Of a DNA stretch of 64,000 nt, positions 55,491-64,000 are shown piece after piece. The stretch spans positions 226,920,001 through 226,984,000 of the forward strand of contig OZ024740.1 of the NCBI GenBank assembly GCA_964016885.1, in the 5' to 3' direction. How positions within the stretch are numbered: position 1 is the first letter of the stretch; each line of letters opens with the position of its first letter. Both the position numbers and the translations under genes were made by a program. The stretch is from Eledone cirrhosa (taxonomy: Eukaryota). The notes beneath the pieces are model-generated. The model was not told the origin of the DNA, did not search any database, and worked only from the letters and a program-made list of their open reading frames with translations.

Positions 55491-55824
55491 CCCTGGAATA
55501 AATGATGCAAGGAATCTTGTCCAGTGCTCCTACATTTCCACTAATCCATTGCCCTGGAGTGGTACTTCATTGACCTCAAAAAACATGGAAGTCAAAGTAA
55601 CCATGGCAGGATTTGAACTCAGAGTACAAAGAGTTAAAACAAAAACAAATACCACATTGTGCCTTTTGATGTAATGATTCTGGCAGTTTGCCACCATATG
55701 AATAAAAGTTTCATGAAAGATGGAAACAAAAAAAATCGAAACCAAAAGTCAAAGCAAGAAGCTTATATCTAATGTAACATAGCTTTGCTATTTTCTATGA
55801 TAGTAATGTTACTGTGAGCACAGT

Positions 55825-56055
55825 GGTGGTGCATTGCCTAGTGGTAAGGGTGTTGAACTTGTGATCATAATGTTGAAGGTTTGATTCTTGGGCTGGATTG
55901 CTCCAGTATACTCAGCTGAAAATGAGTACCAGCAATAGCTGGAGGTTTGACCCTGCAATGGACTGGCATCCTGTCCAGGGGGAAGTCTTGTACTGACAGT
56001 CACTTCATGTCATGAAACCAGGATAAGCACCAGCCTAACAAGCCTTAAATGGCTT
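55825..56055 (+). mobile_element. SINE family D, internally deleted
   Basis: CCTAGTGGTAAGGGTGTTGAACTT head and GGACTGGCATCCTGTCCAGGG tail. Confidence 0.75.
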
Positions 56056-56300
56056 AATAGAGTCTTTAGAACACAGCATAGCCAAATAGTTAAGAAGTTT
56101 GTTTCACAATCATTAGTTCCCAGATTTAATACCACATTTTGACTCTTGAACAAATCTCATTTACCATAGTCTTAGGTCAGCCCATGCTTTGTAAATGAAA
56201 TTAGATTGAATATGTTTGAAAGCCATCAGGTAGACTGTGCCTGTAATGCAACGAGCCAGCCTTTTCGCACACTGTATTACCCTGAATCTCCTCCAGCTCC

Positions 56301-56488
56301 GGCCACTTCCTTTTTGCACCAATTACCATTGAGACCTCAGATGTATTTGGACCCCACACTGCCGAGCTCATCTGCAAGATCAGAACGTCAGCAGCCTGAA
56401 GGAGCCCTACAAGGTGGGGTGGCTGTTGCAGTGAGTATCACTGGCCATTGTCCACATGAATGCTTTTGCGGTCTTGTCCGCGAGGCAT
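56301..56488 (+). pseudogene. Second CRE/R2-type REL endonuclease C-terminal relic
   Basis: GHFLFAPITIETSDVFGPHTAELICKI, then after a frameshift EPYKVGWLLQ*VSLAIVHMNAFAVLSAR. Confidence 0.6.
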
Positions 56489-57143
56489 AGCCCCATTACC
56501 AGTGCCCTAAGCCCAGAGCCCTTCCCCCTCCCTATTCTTCTGTGGCACTAGAGCCCTTGCCATTGCTTCTTTTTCTGTCTTTTTATATTTTATTCTTTTA
56601 CATTCCATTCTTTCTTCTCAATTTATTCATTACACAAAGTGTACACATGTTTTTAGAATGCTCAGTCACTTACACATTAATTTCATGAGTAGGCTTTTCT
56701 GTTGATTGAACAACTGGAACATTCATCGTTAAAACCAACGAAGGTCCATTCACTTAATGTTACTGGTCTTACAAACAACATAAAATACTGATATCACAAA
56801 ATGAATGAGATATCACTTGTCCACTGCTATTTACATTTCTCATTTATAGTTGTTTTTTTAGTTTGTTTTGCTTTGTTTTTTATTGTTTTTTATTGTTTTT
56901 TATTCAGTCTTATTTTATTTATTATTCAGTGGTTGATAGCTTAATAGTTGTTCAGTTGTAACCAATCTATCATCTTAATATCATTTTCTCATGTGAAAAA
57001 GAGTTAAAGCTTTTTTCATTGCTTATCTTTGCGTGTATGTCTATGTGTTTGTGTGATGTTTTTGCTTCTTTCTTTTACATTTTATAAAAAAATTTATCAT
57101 TATTATTATATTTATTTATATATCGTTATTATCATTATTATTT

Positions 57144-57191
<48 letters not shown>

Positions 57192-57345
57192 GTATTTTAT
57201 TTTGTATTTTTTTTTGCAATTATATCCTTCGCAATAAATGTTGCTAATTTCAAATGTCAAACTTGATAAGAAAGGTTCAACTATAGGTATTTGTTAAATA
57301 TCTTATGTCATATGTATTTGTGTGTGTGTGTGTGTGTGTGTGTGT

Positions 57346-57436
<91 letters not shown>

Positions 57437-58919
57437 CACACACGCACACACACACGCACATATATTAATATACATACATATATGTTCAGTTTATTAGTCT
57501 GTTATGTGAAAGTTGTTCATATCATAACGGAAGTTTTTCACAGAGAATGAAAAATGATTTCTGTCAAAATGGGTTTGGGTTGGCCAAGTTTTGGTTGTTA
57601 ATCATGTTATTATATGTACTTGCTAATGTACTTATATGAGTATACATACATATATAAATGTAAGTGTGTATGTATGATTATATATATAGTTACATAAATA
57701 CGTTGTAGTTGTTCTTGGTTCAAGTCAGCTCTTATCAAACTGATCTATGATTGTAAAGCTTCCGGCATGCCTACCCCAACGTTTTGTATAACTAGAATTA
57801 AGTTTTAAGGTAACACTGTAATGTGATTTGTATTAGGAAGGTCTTCTAGCTTTAGAAACCAAGCCAAAATACAGATCTGTATGAGCATGATGTGGTCTCT
57901 AGACCTAACTTGTTTCATAACATGATAACCCATCTAACCCATGCAAGCAGAAAAAATGGACGTTAAATGATGATGATGTACTGTAATAAAATATGAGGTA
58001 GTCTTTTGTCAACTATTTCTAGTATGTGAAGCAACAGCACAGGGGCTCTTTCAGTAGCGTTTTTACATATATGCATCTGAATATATTGAATTTACTGACT
58101 ATGGATTAACATATCTCAATAATAAAGCCAATACCTCATTATAATTAACCCCCCCCCCCTCTCACTTTCTATTTGCTTTCTATGCTGGTATTGGTAGAGA
58201 TGGTTTATGTTCAAAATCATTTCTTATTCAAAGTTACTCCTCTTCTAGATAGGTTGTAGTGCCTTATCTTGCTCATATATTTCATTTGAAGAATGGTTTC
58301 TACAAGTGGACACCCTTCCTAACACCAATCTCTGTCAGTTATAAAGGAAACATATCAATTGTCAGATTGGATCATGGAAACTATGTTACCATTGGCCTTT
58401 CCATTGCTAATGCTATTTACCTGTTGCAATTTCTGGCAGAAGCATCACTGAGTCCCCAATGCCAGCAGTTGGGATTTGGACTCATAACACAAAAAGCTGG
58501 AACAGATATCACAAAACATCTTCACTACCTCTATAGCAACTCTGTCAATCTACTGCCTATGGAATAATGCTTTATTTATCAAAGCCAAAAGGATGAAAAT
58601 ATAAAGTAGACCTTGGTGGGATTTGAACTCAAAGCTCAGAGATTCAGAACTAATATCAATGCATTCAATCTTACAATCTAACAACCCTACTAATTTGCCA
58701 CCATTTCTAAATTCGAATGATTTTCTTGTGTTTGATGTTTGTAGTGAATTCTTGACATTGATAGAGATCATCAAGTGAATACATGTTCATAGACCCAAAC
58801 TAAACTCAATCGTGACTGTACTATATAGGTTTATATGTTTATGCACTTTAATGTATTAACTATGCACTTTAATGTATACAACTACACACACACATGCATA
58901 TATGTGTGTATATGTGTGC

Positions 58920-58980
<61 letters not shown>

Positions 58981-59126
58981 AATATAACTGTATTAATATC
59001 TGATGATGTCACACCAGTTCCAGTTACTGTTGTAACTGTTCCATAATTATTACCACCATGACATTAAAATATGTATAATGTAATAAATAAAATTATGTGA
59101 ACATATCATGTCTTATTTTATACCTG

Positions 59127-59261
59127 GTAATCTTTGTTTTTGTTGTTTCTTTCATCCTAATATTTCAGAACATTTTCCTCTGAGAGTTCCTTATACTCTG
59201 AAGAACGGAATGTTAAGTCCCAAAATATTAGGATGAAAGAAACAACAAAAACAAAGATTAC
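59127..59261. mobile_element. Fold-back element with a degenerate hammerhead-like core in the loop
   Basis: Perfect 39-bp arms 59127-59165 and 59223-59261. CTGAAGA at 59198-59204, GGA...TCC stem, then CAAAATATT (the inverted arm reads GAAATATT). Confidence 0.5.
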
Positions 59262-59292
<31 letters not shown>

Positions 59293-59684
59293 ATCAAATT
59301 AAAAATCAGAGTTAAAAACTCACATTAATTCCCTATAATTTAATGAGCTCAAGGATTAGATTATGGGCTCTTTATAAATCAACGTATATAGAGAAATACA
59401 CAGAGATATGTGTTCAATCATTGAGGATCAAAAACCACCAGAGTGACAAACATATTACCTATGAAAAGAATGGAGAATACAAATCAATAAAAAGAATATA
59501 TTAAAGTATATTAACCATTCGATTATAACAATAACACCCAGACATGTTCAAATAAGATTATGTTTCGCTATATAAAGTGAAGAATCCATATTGTAGGTGT
59601 AGCTCATCAGCAGGTGTCTAGCAATACAATCAACACTTCTAAACAAATATATCAGATAACTAAGAAAACACACATGGTATAGAG

Positions 59685-59909
59685 CAGTGATTCTCAACCA
59701 GTGTGCCACAGGACACAGGTGTGCTGCAAGATCTCCTAAGTGTGCCACGAAATTTTGAACGGCACACTAAGAACAAAAATATTATATAAGAAACAGTTAA
59801 TAAATATATATGAAAAATATTATTTTTCACATATATTTAGCCAGGTGTGCCACTATTTTTTCATGTGTTCCAAGGTGTGCGGTTGGTAAAAAAAGGTTGA
59901 GAACCACTG
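59685..59909. mobile_element. hAT-type MITE
   Basis: 8-bp TSD GTATAGAG (59677-59684 and 59910-59917). TIRs CAGTGATTCTCAACC and GGTTGAGAACCACTG. Confidence 0.92.
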
Positions 59910-60460
59910 GTATAGAGGAAAGACGTGTATTTTATAGCCCATCATGGTGTGAATTGACCAAAAGACCGCTAAAAACAGCTGCTCAGAACCATTCAACTTT
60001 AGAAGCTCGACTTAGAGAGATGAATTAAGAGCCAAATGTGTGTGTGTGTTACTGTATCTCTGTATGTATGTCTCTTCCCCCCCCCCCCTTTACCTCTCTC
60101 TTTCGATAAACACATATAAAATCAAAATAACTACATATCTAAACATACAAAATTGTAAAATTGCTGGTCTTGTGCCTAAATCAGAAAACATTATTTCAAC
60201 AAATATGTGTATGTATGGGAATGTGCGGGTGCTTGTAGATGTGCTTGTCTATGTAAGTGTTTATGTGAGAGTGTATTGTGATATTAGAACTGTATGTATA
60301 TTTTTGGAAACAAAGTATTATGTGTGGATATATGTGTGTTTGTGATTCCCATGCCGGGATGGAAGATGGATATAATATAATGACCATTATAACAATAATC
60401 ATTATATATCACAAGTAAGTACATGTAAATTCACATAGACTCACACATATGTATATACGT

Positions 60461-60518
<58 letters not shown>

Positions 60519-60520
<2 letters not shown>

Positions 60521-60606
60521 ACGAAGGAAATGTGGTAAGGAACCAGGTGGACCATAACGCACCAAAGTACTCAAAGCTCAGCCGTCGGGGTCTTACTTGT
60601 TCCTAT
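60519..60606. mobile_element. Family P1 short rearranged copy (inverted 3' end joined to a direct arm piece)
   Basis: TAACGAAGGAAATGTGG...GTACTCAA (reverse) joined to AGCTCAGCCGTCGGGGTCTTACTTGTTCCTAT (forward), within (TA)n. Confidence 0.7.
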
Positions 60607-62069
60607 ATATAATATATATATATATACATCTGTATATATACTTATATATATATACAAAGATTGGAATTAAGAGTATTCCGCAGTTCGCAGTAATAATAAT
60701 AATAATATTAGCTCAAAGAAGAATAGAGAATTTTCTTCTGAGCTCAAATGCAAATATATTACACAAACTTGTAATAATTCTTTACACACATCTCACTGTG
60801 TAACACACTTCTCTTTGTGTAATATATTTGTATATATATATATATATACACACATCTATACAAATATATACACACATATTTATCCATAAAAATATTTTAT
60901 AAATAAACATGTCTTTATATGTATAAACACATATAGACACACACATATAATGCATATATTTATAGACACACAATTGATACAAATATGTAAACAAATAAAA
61001 TGAAGAAATATTTAAATGAGTCTGTGATGTGGGAAATCTTTTTTTGGAGAGAGTAGGGGGTATTTAACACATCAGATGTACTGAGAATGAAAAAAACTAT
61101 CAAAAGATTTTTACACCTGCATTTAATGTAGCTTTTGATGTATATCAACTACCACTTCCATAAACATTACCAATGCTATCACCACCATGTATTACTAACG
61201 GCATCACCATTCTGATTACACATTATTAGCACACACCAAAGACCATTTACATGGTGGTACACCACCTTGAAGTACTAGCAGCATCACCACTCTTATTATG
61301 TGTTTCTAACACAAACCAAAGACCATCATCATGCTGGCACAACCTAATAGTAATAGCTGTCAAATTTTCCTTAACACTTTCCTTACAGTATTTATAATTT
61401 CAATTGATTAATCCAGAATTTTGAAGGATTTACTCAAATTATTAATTATTTTGTTCCTAAAATAATATAAATTATGGTTCTTGTATAATATCGTGTTTGA
61501 AGGTATAAATTTATATAGAAATTGTTTGAAATAAGTGGGTTTCTTTCATAGAACCAGGGCTGGGTTGTATCAAAAGGGTTATCCCTTTTGTTGCCGTATT
61601 TCTTATGAAATACACTGCCTATATGTATCAATTAATTTTAAAAAGTTGGAGGAATTTAATAAAATAGCAAAACTTTTCATAAGTAACCTGATGTTTGAAA
61701 ATTCCATCATGTATTACTTTTTTTGGCCGAGAGAAAAAAGTACTCAATATTGAAATAGAGTTCTCGTTTGATGACTATTTAGCCATAATAATATGAATAC
61801 ACGAATACTAACCAATACTTATTACTAATTTTTACTTATTCCTAATTAAACTATTTTTCACTGGGAACAATTTGTCAGCATTTTCTTTTCCTTTTACCAA
61901 TATATATATATATATATATATAGATAGATAGAGAGAGAGAGAGAGGGGGGAGAGAAAGAGAGACAGAGAGATATAAATAAAATCCTGACAGCAGTGCCAA
62001 GCAGTTTCAACTTGAGTTTTCAGCAAGCCGGTCTCAGCACTGCAGACTCTCTCTCTCCATATATAATAA

Positions 62070-62234
62070 TAATTGTTTCTACTTTTGGCACAAGGCCAGC
62101 AATTACCCAGTGTATTACTGATACTTTATTTTATTGACCCCATAAAGATGAAAGGCAAAGTTAACATCGGCGGGATTTGAACTCAGAATGGCAAGGGCCG
62201 TAACTCTGTGCGTCAAAGCATGGTGTCCAACCCT
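62070..62234 (-). mobile_element. SINE family C, 5'-truncated
   Basis: Matches 55079-55240. Confidence 0.8.
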
Positions 62235-62403
62235 GTTACATAAATCATTTATTCATTATAATTATTTCAACAGTTCTCCCATGCAATCAAGATGTAATTC
62301 AATCAAGTATCCTCAGATGAAATTCGATTTCGTGATATGCCACCAGCAGGAAAAAACATGTCCTTTTGTTCGTGTGTCCAGCAGACATATATATATATAT
62401 ATA

Positions 62404-62558
62404 TCATCATCATCATCATCATCTTTTTACGTCCGCTTTTCCCTGCTTGCAAGGGTGGGACGGGAACTGATTCTGGCTTGATTTCTACAGCTGGATGCCC
62501 TTCCTACCACCAACCTCATTTACAGTGAGTGCTGGGTGTTTTTTTCCATGGCGCCTAC
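62404..62558 (-). mobile_element. SINE family B, 3' part
   Basis: Matches 28872-29030. Confidence 0.82.
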
Positions 62559-62674
62559 ATGTCATATATATATATATATATGCATATGCAGTTTTCCATG
62601 AGTAAGGCACCATTTGAAAAAAGTTTCATATGATAAATCGTAAAGGATTTATCAAATGTATGGCACCTATAAGT

Positions 62675-62740
<66 letters not shown>

Positions 62741-63109
62741 TCACATATGTGATTGAGTGTGTGTGTGTCTGTGCAGGTGTGTGTGTGTTTCTGTGTCTGA
62801 ATATCTATATTCCCATGTTGTTGCTTTAATAACCAACACAAAAATATATTCTGATTTCGAAACCTGAACATAAAAATAAATAAATAACTGATGAAAAAAA
62901 AAACTGCAAAAAGTCAAAGAACAAGCCAAAATGTTGTTAAAGAATATCATGACAGTGCTGACATAGCAATATGTTCTAAGACTGAAAATATTTGGTGAAG
63001 GCTTTCAAGGATATTATAAGCTACTTCAAAAAAGGTCAAGTGGAAAAAGAAACTACAACACAACAAAACCTAGCAATATATATATAATACTATTTCTTGT
63101 ATTGCTGCA

Positions 63110-63780
63110 GCTGGTGGTGTTGGTGTGGTTGAGGTCGTTGTTTGCTCTTGTTGTTGTTGTTTGTGGTGGTGGTGGTGTTGGTGTTGGTGTTGGTGTGATG
63201 AGGTCGTTGTTTGCTCTTGTTGTTGTTGTTTGTGGTGGTGGTGGTGGTGGTGTTGGTGTGATGAGGTCGTTGTTTGCTCTTGTTGTTGTTGTTTGTGGTT
63301 GTGGTGGTTGAGGTCATTGTTTGCTCTTGTTGTTGTTGTTGCTGTAGACATGCTGTTGTTGTTATTATTGTTTTTGTTGTTCGTTTTATATTTATTGTTG
63401 TTTTGAGGTTGAGGTGGCTGTTTGCTCTTGTTGTTGTTGTTATGCTGTTACTGCTGCTGTTGTTGTTATTATTGTTTTTTGTTGTTCTTCTATTTATTGT
63501 TGTTGTGAGGTGGAGGCGTTTGTTTTTGTTGTTGTTGTAGACATGCTGTTGTTGTTGTGGAAGGGAGTGTTTGTTTGTTGTTATTCTTAATATATTTGTT
63601 ATGAACGGGGGGGGGGGGGGGGGGGTTGTAGTTGTTGTTGTTGTAGTTCTTGTTCTTGCTATAGTTGTAGGCGAAGTTATAGTTGCTCTTAATAGAGCTG
63701 TTATAGCATTTGTTGTTGTTGATATAGTTGTTGCGGCTGTTCTTGTTGTAGTAGGTGTTGTTGTTGTTGTTGTTTTCTGA
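63110..63780. repeat. (GTT)n/(GGT)n-rich low-complexity region with a repeated GAGGTCGTTGTTTGCTCTTG unit
   Basis: Unit at ~63131, 63200, 63262 and 63310. Confidence 0.85.
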
Positions 63781-64000
63781 AGTCATTGATGTGCTGTGTT
63801 TGAAAAAACATTGCTTTTGTTGTTGAGGATGTGTATGATTAGCGGGAGTTGTGTGTGTATGTGTGTGTGTGGAGGAGCAGGTGGTGTAATATTCACCTCT
63901 GTTGTGATGATGATGGTAGTGTTGTAGGTAGGGGGGACATGTAATAAAGGTGGTACTGTTGTTATTGCCTTCTTTTTGTTGCTGTTGTTGTTGTCTTTGT

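Noticed and set aside
56206-56490. 94-aa ORF as a host gene
   Set aside because: The recognisable REL-endonuclease motifs lie in other, broken frames, so this ORF is incidental.
59000-59030. CTGATGATGTCACA, identical to the start of the 49541 hammerhead
   Set aside because: Not followed by the TGTGAC-GAAA half, so no ribozyme can be drawn.

Overview
AT-rich, microsatellite-dense animal DNA, intronic or intergenic. The repeat content (tRNA-headed SINEs with RTE-type (GAT)n tails, RTE LINE 3' fragments, long (TA)n/(CA)n/(CAT)n tracts) suggests a coleoid cephalopod such as Octopus; this is an inference. No intact protein-coding gene is supported, and nearly all ORFs in the supplied track are translations of microsatellites or repeats. 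Recognisable elements: a full-length but disrupted DD37D (maT) Tc1/mariner transposon with TIRs (36533-37841); several RTE-clade LINE 3' fragments, one with a PHD-type finger and nested in a SINE; two CRE/R2-type endonuclease relics; three hAT MITEs and one mariner MITE; at least three SINE families; and minisatellites. The most striking signal is a set of small non-coding fold-back elements inserted in (TA)n tracts. One family carries a complete minimal hammerhead ribozyme motif in four dispersed copies (3678-3720 +, 40905-40949 -, 44835-44877 +, 49502-49541 -), which differ mainly at positions the hammerhead consensus leaves free. Other (TA)n-embedded families carry partial or inverted hammerhead cores. 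Together these look like several Penelope-like (pLTR) or retrozyme-like retroelement families. All coordinates and alignments were read by eye, so boundaries of degraded repeats are approximate.
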